From the NCBI GenBank assembly GCA_965112735.1, contig OZ218957.1, forward strand, positions 62,001 to 126,000: 64,000 nt of DNA, in the 5' to 3' direction. Shown one piece after another: positions 37,532 through 49,605 of the stretch. Within the stretch, counting starts at the first letter, position 1; every line of letters begins with the position of its first letter. The notes under the pieces were generated by a model. It saw only the letters and a program-made list of their open reading frames with translations. It did no database searches and had not been told where the DNA came from. A program made the translations under genes and the position numbers. Origin of the DNA: Phaeosaccion multiseriatum. Taxonomy: Eukaryota > Protista > Ochrophyta, other classes.

Positions 37532-40141
37532 GATTTTCTTCTTGAGCTCGAGCCATTTGTAAATGCCTCCAACGGCGATGCCCATGAGGTCCAGCACAGG
37601 CGTCTGCGGATACATCCCGGGGGGGGGGGGGGGAGAACGGGGGCACAGTGACGAGGGGGCGGAGCAAAGCATACCATTACACGCAAACACACGCGCACAC
37701 CCACACCCCCACACCTCCCCAACCCCACCCATCCATCCCAACCTTCTCATCCTCTGTCCTGACATCCTCTGTCCTGACACCCACACCCACGCACACACAC
37801 ACACGCACACACGCACACACACACGCACACATACGCACCTGCCCCTCGATCATAAGGGTTTGCGCAACGAAGAACCACGGCAGGAGCTCTGCCTTTATCT
37901 CAAACATGTCAAGGAAATTGACTTGGTAGCCCTCCACGCAGTTCCTCGACCACAGATACACAAGGTAGCACGACAGAGAGTGACCGAGGAAGGCCGAGTC
38001 CAGCCCCATTATGGAGGTCAGCACCAGTAAGCTGTGGGGTGGGGAGGGAGGAGGGCGTGGAAGGAGAGAGAGTGAGGGAGGGAGCGAGGCAGGCAGGGAG
38101 GGAGGGAGGGAGGCAGGGAGGGAGGGAGGGGATGGGGAGAGAGGACGCTTCAGGCGTAGGCAACACATACGGCACAGAGGTTCCCCTCTGGTAGGGGTAC
38201 TGAGAAGAATTGCCCCCCCTATGATAGGGGTAATGACACACCTGCCCGCCCCAATGGCCAGCATCATGAAGAAGTCGTGCGGTCTGTTGAAGTGCTTCTT
38301 CTCCAGCTCGGACATGTACGTCCACAGGAAGTGCGCCTGTTCGTGCGAGAGTGGGGCGGCGGGGGGCGGGCAGGGAGGAGGGTAAGCGGTGGCGGTACAG
38401 TGCAGGAGGAGGAGGAGGAGGAGTAGTAGCAGTAGTAGTAGTAGAGTAGTACTAGTAGTAGTAAAAGTAGAAGCAGTATAAAAAGTGGAAGTAGTGGTAG
38501 CAGCAGCAGTAGTAGTAGTAGTAGTAGTAGTCGTAGTGGGAGGAATAGAAGGCAGAGGAGACATGTCCATGGTGGTGGTGGTGGCGGTGCCGGTACTCTA
38601 TTACTCTATAGATAAAGTCAGCTGGACCCCTCAACCCTGCGGGATGTGATCCCCCCTCAATCAAAACTCCTTCTCAAGTCTTGTCCTTGTCTTGCCTGAC
38701 CGATTCTCCCTCTCTCTCTTGTTGTCGGATCGATCCTCGCCCTTGCCCCGACACCGACCCGCACCCATACCCCTCTAAATCTCCCTTTCTCACCCATACC
38801 CCTCGAAATGTCCCTTTCTCCCTCCCCCACGCACCGTGACCCATCCCAAGTGTCCATTCCTTCTCCCTCACCCCCCCCGACCCGTACCCCTCCAAATCCC
38901 CCTCCTCACCCGTCCACTGCCACCCCCCCCCCCCGCCCGCCCCTGACCCACCGTGATGCCGTAGTTGATTCCGAACTCTCCGAGATGCAGAAAGGCGGTT
39001 ACAGGTCGCCACAGCTGCAACTTCAACAGAGTGGGGCCCCAGGCCATGTCTAGCCAGGAGGGCCACAGGTTGTCGTTGAAGAGGTAAGCGTAGAGCGTGC
39101 AGACCAAGCTGGCACGGAAGAAGGACTTAGTGATGAGCGGTGTCTTCTTCCAGCTCTGCCATATACGGGCTGGAATCGACCGGTCGAGCGGGAGGAGGAG
39201 GAAGAGGAGGAGGAGCAAGAGGAGGAGAAGGAGCAGGAGGAGGAGGGGGAGGAGGAGGCTGTGAGTGTTGGTTCCCTTATGCATTGGTGTCTGTCCTACA
39301 AGCCTCTTCTTCCTTCCTTCCTTCCCGCCTGCCTTCCCCCTTCTTGCCCGGTCCTCCTCCCTACCGAGGGTGTTGTCCTCTGCAAACTCCCTCTCGTCCA
39401 TCACGTCGTCTTCGTCCTCTGAGTCATCTGAGTCGTCGCCATCTGCGTACCCGCCTCTCAGGCCTCGCACAAGCTGTCATTGGGGCATGCGTTTGGGTGT
39501 CAGTGGAGAGGCAGCGGGGCCCAAGCGCAGGCAGCGGCGACGGCATGCAGAGCAACAAAAGCGAGGAAAGGCACGCAGGAAGTGCATAAAAGGGAGATGA
39601 AGGAGAGATACACATGGTAGTAAGAGGATCCAAAACACATGCTCAACTGCTTGCGGTAGGGCGGGAGTAAGGAAGCAGAAGAATAACCCCCCGTTCAGGC
39701 AACACCTGCGTACTTTCCTCCCTCAAAGGGGATAACAGTAGTGCTACAGCACAAACCCCAAGATTAGAGCCTCTCCTTGCTCTGAGTACAGCGTGGAAGG
39801 GACTGCAGGGCTCCTCCTCCGCCTCCCTCCTCCCATCCACCCACCTGCCAGTCCTGGAGACAGGTGCCTTCCTCTGCATCTATCCCAGCTACTGCTCCTG
39901 CTACTCCGTCGGCCCCTCGTCCTTCTCCTATTGCATTGCACTCCGCCTGCCCGACCCTATGCGCGTCGCCCACTGCTGACAATCCAACCCCCCTTCTCCG
40001 CTGCACCCACTGACTGCTACTCCTGGATTCGAATGAAGGGAGTCGTAATGGCGCAGAGGATGCAAATCTATGACAGTAGACCTCATGCTGCTGCAGCGAG
40101 CACAGCAGCACGAGTAGCAAGCACAGCAGCAGCAGCCGCAT
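36840..40141 (-). CDS. DER1: Derlin (Der1) with N-terminal signal peptide, likely the symbiont-specific sDer1 of SELMA (about 8 exons)
   Basis: WKKTPLITK, LQLWRPVTAFL, YMSELEK, LVYLWSR, IKAELLPW, DLMGIAVG. Leader MRLLLLCLLLVLLCS, then LRGG and an acidic stretch; long Glu/Asp C-terminal tail. Confidence 0.88.
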
Positions 40142-40429
40142 TGATACCCTGGCGCTACTGGGCGATATGCACGTGTTACGGTTCTGTGACTCCGGTGCCT
40201 GGATGTGGAGTGTGTGTAGCTGGCATCTCCGAGGGATCAACGGGCGGTCCCTCTCTACTCTCCCAACTCTCCCTTGCTGCAGCCTTCACTAGCAGCCAGG
40301 GTAGGAAGGGGGGGTAAGAGTAGCGGCAGCAGCGGAGGGAGTGGGCAGCCAATCCAGATGGTTGGAATGTGTGCAGGGTAAGGAGGAAGGGGGAGGAGGG
40401 GGAGGAGGGACAACCGAGAGGAGAAGGCC

Positions 40430-43400
40430 ATGGAGGAGAAGGAAGAGACGGAGCGGCAGAAGGAGGGAAGTGGAGCCGACGTTGTGCAGGCTGCGGTGAG
40501 GGGGGGATCTTTGCTCATGCTGCTGGCCTTCATGCAGGTGCGCTGAATACTCTATCCCGCCTGCCTCGCCTCATCATCCATCCTGCTCTGCTACACTACG
40601 AGTGAGAGTGCGAGGTGCAGAGCTAGAATTAAAGGGGAGGAGGCAGTATTCCTTCCCAGTTTGCCCACAAACCAGCTTCTCCGTATCTCTCATTGACGCC
40701 GCGCTTAACTCGCCCGCCCGACCTCCGTTCGCACCAATTCTCCGCGCCCACCACCTCATCTCACGCTTGCCCTTCTCGTCGCCTTTCTCCCCCCCCTACC
40801 CCTGAGCAGCGATTCAGCACTTTCTTCTTGAATGTGATGCTGCAGCGATCCATCCTGTCCGAAGAGGCGCAAGGGGGCGGGGGGCGGGGTACCGACAAAG
40901 CAGCCGCCACTACCTTTGAGTCGTACGGCGCGGCTTCCATCACGCTGGGTGCGTTCAGGCATTGATGCTTGAGTCCGTCCCTCCTGCTTTGCTTTATTCA
41001 CCTCTCAAATTTGCTTTATTCGCCCTACAACCCCCCCCCTCTGCTCTCCCAACGCCTTGCTCGTGTCCCTCCTCTTCCTCGCTTTGCTGCTGCTGTACCA
41101 CCAACTGTTGTGGCTCTACCTGCTCCTGCAGAGCTCCTCCTCTCCACCACTCTTTTTCTCTCCAGAGAGCCCTTCCGCCTCGCCCTCTCCCGCTCCCCCG
41201 TCCTGGGGGGTCCAGGCACTGATACCACCGCCACCAGACACACGAACACCACTAGCGGCATGGGCGGGGAGGAAAAGGGCGGAACCGATCCATCCTCTTC
41301 CTCCTCCTCCTCCTCCTCCTCCATCCACAACCATCGGCGCCGGCAGGAGGTGGAACTGGTCAACATGGCGTGGGTGGTGGCCCCTGTGGGCGTCGCGGCG
41401 GCGGCGGTGATGTACTGGGCATACCCCCTCCTCCTGGGCAGCAGCAGCAGCAGTAGCAGAAGCGGCGGCGGCGGCGGCTCTAATGGCTCGAAGAGTGACT
41501 CCTCCTTCGACTTCGCTGTGGATGCCGAGTGCCGGGCTGCGGCGAGCCTGACTCTCGCTGCGGCGGCGCTGGAGCTCATGGTAGAACCGATCTCGCTCAT
41601 CTTCCAGCAGCGCATGATGCTCGACGTCAGAGGTAAGGTGTGTGTATGTGTGTGTATGTGTGTGATGCTAAGGTGCACAGCCCTGTGTGTGCATGCGTTG
41701 CGTGCCGTACAGTACAGCCTCGGTTTGTCTTCCGCGAAGGATGGATGGGGACATGCACTCAGTCACGCAAGCGTGCAACATGTTGGCGTGTTGGAATTCA
41801 CCACACTCGGGGCCGAAGTTCGGTGACTGTGCGGTGACTGTGCGGTGACTGTGACCCCTGGCCGCTGATCTGATCCTGATATCCCCCGACCTGAGTATCC
41901 CGTCACCCTCCCCCTCACTCACCCACACCGCACCCTGACCCCACCCCCCCGTGACCCCACCCCCCACCCCTCCTGACACGGACGCAGTCACAGTGGAGGT
42001 GTTTGCCGTGCTCGTGCTCAATGTGTCCAAGTTCGTGCTCATCGTCCTCGTCGGGGCGGGCCTTAGGGGCTTCGGCTATGCTCAAGTCCTGCACTCACTC
42101 GCCCTTGCTGGAGGGTACTCGGTGGCGGTGGGGGTGGAGTTGCTAAGGGGGAGGAGGACGAAGATGAAGACGACGACGACCTCCTCCTTGGCGTGTTCTT
42201 CCTCCAAGAACTTGTCGCCATCTGCGTCCTTTGGGGCCGATGCAAGTGAGCCAGGGGGAGGAGGAGGAGGAGGAGGAGGAGGAGGAAAAAGAGGGGGAGA
42301 AGGGGGGGGGGTGAAGGCGTTCACTTCCATTATCCATTGGCTGCCTTCGCGCGTGGACCATCCTTCCGCTTCTTCCACCAAGCACTATAAGCTCACGGTG
42401 AGGAGAAGTCGAGGAGAGAGAAAGAGAGTGAAGGAGCTTGAAACTCCCCTCCTTCCTAACCCCCAATCACCACCAACCCCTCCTTCCCCTCCTTCAGGCT
42501 GTTCTGGCAGGGCAGACCCTCTTCAAGCATCTTCTTACTGAGGGAGACAAGCTTGTGCTCGCCCGGGTAGGGGGGGGGGGAGGAAGTGGAAGTGGGCACT
42601 CCTTGTATGATCAAGGCGTGTACGCGGTGGCACACAACTACGGCTCGCTCGTGGTGAGGCTCATCTTACAGCCCATCGAAGAGTCATCTCGCCTGCTCTT
42701 CAGCAAGCTCGGGGCCGCGCAGGAGGGACAGCACAAGCAGCACAAGCAGCAGAAAGAGCAGGGGCAGCAGTTGGTGATACAACAACAGCGGGAGAAGGCC
42801 TTCGCGGGCGATGACGGAGACACAGATGGAAGCAACGCCCCCCCCCCTCCTGTTTTGGCTCTGATGGCGGATCTGTTCTGTACGCTGCTGAAGCTGGCGC
42901 TGCTCGTGGGGGCCCTGTTCGTTTGCTTTGGGGCCAACTACACAGACGTGCTGCTCAGGTCAGGGAGGGAGGGAGGGAGGGAGGGAGGGAGTGAGTGAGT
43001 GAGGAGCTGGGAAGCTTCAGTGTTAAGTTCTAGTTCCAGAAATCGTATGCTCTGTTTTCTTACGTGCACTCCGCTTCCTTCCTTTCGCTTTCTCTCCACT
43101 CTGCATGCCTTCAGGGTGCTCCTCAAAAAGAGCAGCAAGAGCAGCAGCGTCACAGATGGCCGCACCTCGGATGTGGACACGGTGCAACACGTGTCGGTGG
43201 TGCTATCTACGTACTGCTGCTACGTGCTGCTCCTGGCGGCCAACGGCATGTGCGAGGCCCTCGTGTACGCTGTGGCAGGCAAGGCGCAAGTGCTCTCTCT
43301 GAGGTGGGTCACGGTTTAAGTTTCAGTTTCGGCTCCTCTACACCTACCTCTTACTTCGCTCTCTCTCCCCCTCTCTCCTCCATCCCCGCCCTATGGCTGT

Positions 43401-44208
43401 GCCAAGCGTGGGCCTGCTGGGCTCCTTTGCCGCCTTTTGGGCCTCCATCAGACCCCTGATGCGAAGCTTCGGCACCTCGGGCCTCGTGCTCGCCAACTGC
43501 GTGGGGATGAGCATCAGGTGTATATATATATGTGTGTGTGTTTGTGTGCGTGGTGTGGGTGTGGTATGTGCGTGTGCGTGGTGTGTATGTATGTTTGTGT
43601 GTGTAAGCTTTGAGAGGTTGGATGACCGCGCGAAAGGCCCCCTCCACCCCCCTTCTTGTGTGCCCTCTCCCTCCCTCGCTCATTCTCCCCACCCCCCTTC
43701 TTGTGTTCGCATACCCTCTAACCCTAACCAACCCGCTCTCCCCCTCTCTCTTGTGTGTGTGTGTGTATGCAGGATTGTAATCTCCTGCTTGTTCATTCGA
43801 GTATACTTCAGCAGAGTCACAGGCAGCAGCGAGGGCTCCTCGTCCTCCTCCTCCTCTCCTCTGCGGTGCCTACGGAAAGCGCGACCCCATCCCGTGCTCG
43901 TGCTCGCCCTTCTCGGATCGTTCCTCGTGACGAAATGGTCGGAGGGGGTGTACTTGGGTCGCCAGTGGAGTGCGTACCTCCCAAGCAGGCTCAGCAGAGT
44001 TCTCATTGCCTTACTGCGGCCCTTACCGCTGTCCCTGGGGGTGGACGGGGTTGTGCACATCACGGTGGGGTTGGTGTGTTTGGGGGTGGTATTGGGTATC
44101 GGATGGAGGTTCGAAAAGGCCTTCCAGCAGGAGGTGAGGCTGCTCTTCAGACCCCCCCCGAGGACAGGGGCAGGGGCAGGAGCAGGAGCAAAGCCCAAGA
44201 CGGACTGA
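40430..44208 (+). CDS. RFT1: RFT1, lipid-linked oligosaccharide translocation protein (multi-exon)
   Basis: ELLLSTTLFLSREPFRLA; FKHLLTEGDKLVL; YDQGVYAVAHNYGSLVVRLILQPIEESSR; ANGMCEA; GLVLANCVGMSIRI. Confidence 0.95.
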
Positions 44209-44466
44209 GGATGCGAAGGAGGCTCGGGAGACCAGGACAGGAGGATGGGAAAGGCCGAAGGCTTTGCGCGGGCCTTACCAGCTTGGGCGTCGGTACCCCA
44301 AGTGCAACAGAGAATAGAACATATAAAAACATTCAAGCTTTCAGGCCCGTGGTGTCACTCAGTGAGTGAGTGAGTGAGTGAGTGAGTGAGAGCTGAGCCT
44401 CCCTCGTCTGTTCATGGATGAATGGTATCGGGAAAAGAAAATGTGATGATGTATCTATTATCTGTT

Positions 44467-47400
44467 TCACTTCTTCTTCTTCTTCTTCCCGCCGCCCCTC
44501 TTGCCCGAGCCCAACCCGTCGGTCATGAGCTTCGCCTGCGGTTGGGGCTTGTCTGAGTCCTTCTTCGCAGCCAACTGTGAAGAGTCACGGAAGCGCAAAT
44601 TGGAACGGCACAGAGAGAGGGAGAGGCAAAAAGAGTTGAGTTCTTCAGACGAGAAGAGCAGCAGCAGACAAAAGACCTCTACATGGCACAGAACACCAAA
44701 ATGTAACGGGAGAAAACGACCGCGGCTGACGAATACGCCGGAGCACTCCCCCTGGGTTACTGACTTACCCGGGCCATGACGTCAAGTTTGGCGGCGTCCT
44801 TTGAGGCCCCGCTGCCCGTGCCCTGCGCACCCACAAACTTGTTGCGATTCCGGCCCTTATGGGGTGGGTGGGTGGGTGGGTGGGTGGGTGGGTGGGGGAG
44901 TTAGTCTTGATATTGCACAGAGTGGGCACGGGTATATACAAGTCTGCCTTGATGTGCACGTTAGGTAATGTTAAGTAATGAGACGTCACAAAAAGCGGAA
45001 GACGAAAGACACTGCTCGTTTGGAAATGAATGTCGAGCACAGCAAAGCAGAGCCGTTGGTGATGCTGAGTCAAGGACCACAGGTGTGCGGCATCGACACC
45101 GACATGGAAAGGAAGAATGTGAGGAACGCGTTGCCACTCACAGTGGCACTCACTCACCCGTTTCTTGTAGCTGCGCTGCTTCTTTGATGTCCACCGCTCG
45201 GGGTCGGGGAAGGGCATGGGCTTGCTCGGGTCAATCTTCCCTTCGCTGATGAGCTTCTGCAGGTACTTTTCTCTTCGAGCGGCCCTCTTCTTCGCCACCT
45301 GAGGACACAAATATTAAAGGGAGGAGAAGGGGGAAGGGGAGAGAGAGAGATTGAGAGACAAGAGGGTAGAGAGCGAAAAGAAAGGTAACACAAATAAAGG
45401 GAGGAGAAGGGGGAAGGGGAGACCAAGACAGCCGAGAGCGAGTAAGAGAAAGGTAAAATGACACATTCAAGTGTTCTTAATAAACCAATGTAAAAGATAC
45501 AAGAAGGAAGAAAGAAAAAAAAAGGAAAAGAGAGAGGCGCGGGAGAGAGAGGAAGAAGAGAGGAGAGAAGGGGCGGGGAGCATATCCTTACTTGAAACCA
45601 TGGAACAACATGACGTCCGTGCGTACCTTCTCTGGGTTCTTGCTGGCGGCCTTTCTCTCTGACTTATGCGCCGTCTTGTCCACGAGCAAGAGGCGCTTAG
45701 CCCTGTCTGAACGGGGCAGTGCGACGCTCTCCAGAGCTTCTCCGTCCGGCATCTCAATGTCGTCTGTTGGGGAAGGGAGGGAGGGAGGGGGTGGGAGGGG
45801 AGGGGAAGGAGAGGGAGGGAGGGAGGGGAGAAACAGTGAGGGGAGGGGGAAGGGAGGGGGGGGGAGGAAGAGGGAGGGAGGGAGGGGAGAAACAGTGAGG
45901 GGAGGGGGGGGGAGGAAGAGGGGGTGCGAGGGAGGTGAGGTGGGGGGAGGGGAGGAGGGGCTCCGGGGGGTTACGCTGGGAAGATGAACGTTGGGCATAG
46001 GAATGAATACCTTTCCTGATACCTTTCTATTTTGCCCCCTCCTCTCCCTCCTTTACCCCCTTTCTCTCGCCCCTCCCTTGCCATCCACTGCCATCCTCCT
46101 CGCACGCACCAAACACATCCATAGGCAGGTCCTCGCCCACCTCCCTTGCCCTCCCCGCGTCGAAGGCGGACAGGGCCACCACAAGGCCTGCTAGAGCGGA
46201 AACCCTCTGGTCGTAGCCGAGCTCGTCCTCTCTGGCCAGCGCCGCCTCGAAGGCCCGTGCTGCCTCCGCGTGTTGGCCGTTGTCCAGCAGCACCTGGAGG
46301 GTGGAGTGCATGGGGTAGTTTAGGAGCGGATGAGGTAGAGGGTACAGGGTAAGGGGCATGGGGTATAGGGTATATGGAATGAGGTATAGGGTATGTGGTG
46401 TAGAGTAAGAGGGTATGGGGTATAGAAGTAGGGTTCTCTCACGCGCGCTCTCTCTCTCTAACTCTACAGCTCTCCATCAATCTCCCCTCGCGCTCTCTCA
46501 CGAGTAGGACCTCATGAACCCTTTTCCTTACCTCCGCCGTGTGTAGGGTGATCCTTGCGTTGCTGCCCTCCCCCCCCAGCTCGATGGCAGCCAACGCCTC
46601 CGCCGCCTCGTCAGGCCGGCCCGTATGCCTCAGCATGTCTGCGATGGTGTGCAGAGTACAAGGGTGGGCCGCCAGACCGCCCTCGAGCCGCCGCAGTAAG
46701 TCAATGGCCTCGTCAAAGCGCTTGTTGTCCTTACCGCCCCCTGACACCAGGTACTGCGCCTGGTCCAGCAGCAGCTGGTGATACTCCTCCTTCCTCTTCC
46801 TCGTGGCCTCCTCCTCGTTATCCTCGACACCCGCCTTCCCCGCTTGCACCGCCGACAGTCCCTCCTCCAGCACCTGCTTGGCTTCATTGGGCCTCCCGTT
46901 GCTGTGGTGCACCCAAGCTTGCACACGAGCGGGCAGGGACGACCCCGGATAGGCCTCCCTTAGCTCCGACGCCAACGCCAGCCCCTTGTCGATGTCTTCA
47001 TCCGCACCCCCCTTCCCGTTGCTGCCAGCTGTGAACGCCAGGCACTGATTGAAGCGCAGGGCCTGCAGCTGCTGGGGAAGGAACTTCTTGGCGGGAAGGT
47101 TGCTGTGAGTGAGCTGCTTGAAAGCCTCTAGCGTCTCCTTGCTCACGCCCCCCCCTCCGCTGCGCCGCATACAACACAGATTGTTGAGCGCTAGGGCAGA
47201 CACCGCCGCATTCTTTGTGTCTAAGGGACGTGAGTGTGGGTGTAGGTGTGTGTGTGGGTGTGGCAGGGTGTGGGTAGGGTGGGTGGGTAGGTAGGTAGGA
47301 AGTTGGGTAGGTAAGTCAGTGAATTTGGGGGCAGCGAGGTATGCAGTCCGTCTGAGTTTCAGTGTTTCGAGGCTGACAGATGCGAGACTAAACTGAAACT

Positions 47401-49396
47401 GGAAGGAACCTCCAACTGCCACTGCAAACTGTACCTCTGCTGAGCTTCCTGTAGGCCCCGAGGGCCTCTTCTCTGCGTCCCATTTGCTGCTGCACGTACG
47501 CCGTCTGGGCCCTCACCAGGGTGAGCTAAGGATCATGAGGATCGTGGAGGAGGGGGAGGAGGGCAGTGGATGGGGGAGGAGGAAAGGAGGAGGAGGAGGA
47601 GGAGGAGGAGGAGGAGGGAGCATGCTTTAGAACGCCTTTCACTTTTTCCATCCTGCGTAACTCCCACTGCTCTCCCTCAAGCCCCCCTCCCCCTCCCCCT
47701 CCTCCTCCTCCTCCTCCTCCTCCGCCTCTGTCGTCGGCATCTCTGCCACCCCCTGCTCCATCCACTGCCATCCCCGCCTTTCTCACCTCCTCTTCAATCT
47801 CACTCACGCTGCACCCCTCCTCGGTCAGCGACTCCTCGCACACTTCCTTGGCCCTCTCCAGCGACGCCAAGGCCCCCTGTAACCGTAGAAATTGCAGTAC
47901 CGGCAAGGACAAGGCCACAAGAGTTGAGGGCACGGCAAGGCAGGTGGATAGGCAGGTAGGTAGGTAGGTAGGTAGGTAGGTAGGCAGGCGAGAGGGTGTA
48001 AGTCGCTGCGTGAATCAGGGTGGGCAGGCACACACACACGCCACTCCCATCACGTCCGCACTCACCCCCCAGTCCTTGGCCTGAATGAGAGCACACGCCA
48101 CATCGTAGAGCAGCTCGTAACCACCCGCCTCCTCATCGAGTCCGTCGGGAGGGTGCTCTAGCAGGCATGCGTCGCCCCGTCCCGCGGATACGTGCACGGC
48201 GTAAGTGTTGATGAGGAAGTTTGTCTCATCCTCGTGTTGTTGTTGCTGGTGCTGCCCCCCCTGGGAGGCCGCTTGCTCGTGCCGTGTGGCGATGTCTGCG
48301 TAGACAGCGGCGGCTTGGCTGAAGTTGTTGAGACGGTAGCTCTGTTTCGAGAGGGGCAGGGGCGTTTGTTGGTATTCGATGGTTCACGTGAGCACCACGT
48401 GATGGAGGGAAGAGGGGAGGAGGCTCTCGAGGCGAGGGAGGGGAGCATAGGAGAGAGAGAGAGGAGGGACAGCGAAGCGAAACAATGGTAGCATAGGTCG
48501 TTCATGCATACACAAACACACACACATACACACACAGAAGGAGAGAGAGAGGCGGCGAGATACGAGACGGAGATGCCGATAGGCATCACCACCACCCGAG
48601 GGCACCCTTGCCCTTGGCTCACTCCACTCCTCCCCACTTGACTTGGGCCGTCAGATGAGCTGAGCTTCGGCTGAGCCGCGCTCACCACTCACCACTTGGG
48701 CCTTGAGGTGCAGGAGGGGCGGATTGGCCCCTTCAGTGTCCGAAGCACCGGCAGAGTCGATAAGCTGTGTGGGTGCATGCAGATAGGGGCGTATGGGCAG
48801 GTGGAACAAGTGTGTGGAGGATACATCAGTTTCCTCCTGTCTGACAAGCAAGCAGGTGGGCCGTGGTTGGCGCGTTGGCAGTCTTTCGTTGGCCGGTTCT
48901 CCTTCCAGTCTCGACAGGGCGCGCCGCATTTAGCTCACGGCGCCTCTCTCTTCTCTTCTCCTTCCCCCTCTTTCCCCCTCCCCCTCACTCCCTCGTCACT
49001 GCACCGATCCATACCTTCTGCGCCTGCTGCAGCTGATTGAGCTTGAATTGGCAGTAGGCCCTCTCTGCCAACAGCTGCTGCGAGGGGTGCTGCTTGGCGG
49101 CGGTCTCTGCCGTCTTGAGCGCCTGTTGGTACGCGTGCAGGTGGATCTGGCACACGCATTTGGTGTGCAGGGCTGCCGCGTCGCCAGGGATCTTGGATAG
49201 CACTGGAGGGGAGGGGAGGGGGGGCAAGAGGGAACGCTGAGACGAGGAGCCAAGGGAGGGTGGGTGCCAAGCTGAGCCGAAGCCACTGCTCACCTTGGTC
49301 GCAGAGCTTAACGGCCTCTGCATTGTCCTCCTCCTCCAAGCAGCCCACGATCTTCTTGAAGACTGCCGTAGACTCCCATTGCCCTCCGTCTTCCAT
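44467..49396 (-). CDS. SRP72: Signal recognition particle subunit SRP72 (multi-exon)
   Basis: TPR N-terminus ERAYCQFKLN, LHLKAQV.YRL, YELLYDVAC, ALNNL; RNA-binding motif PDPERW; basic C-terminus GGGKKKKKK*. Confidence 0.93.
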
Positions 49397-49605
49397 AACC
49401 TCTTTTATGCTATCCTCGAGTGCCGCTCTCCTAAGCCCATACGCCTGCACATGCTCATATACCTGCAGATGCCCCCCCGGAGATTTGCAATTTCGATTTT
49501 GCCGATGTCACGCCACACACGTTCAGCGGGAAAAGCGGAAAGCTTCGAAATCTTCGACTGTGTCGCACTACCTTTGTGGACTATATATTATTAAGGAGTG
49601 CTGCC

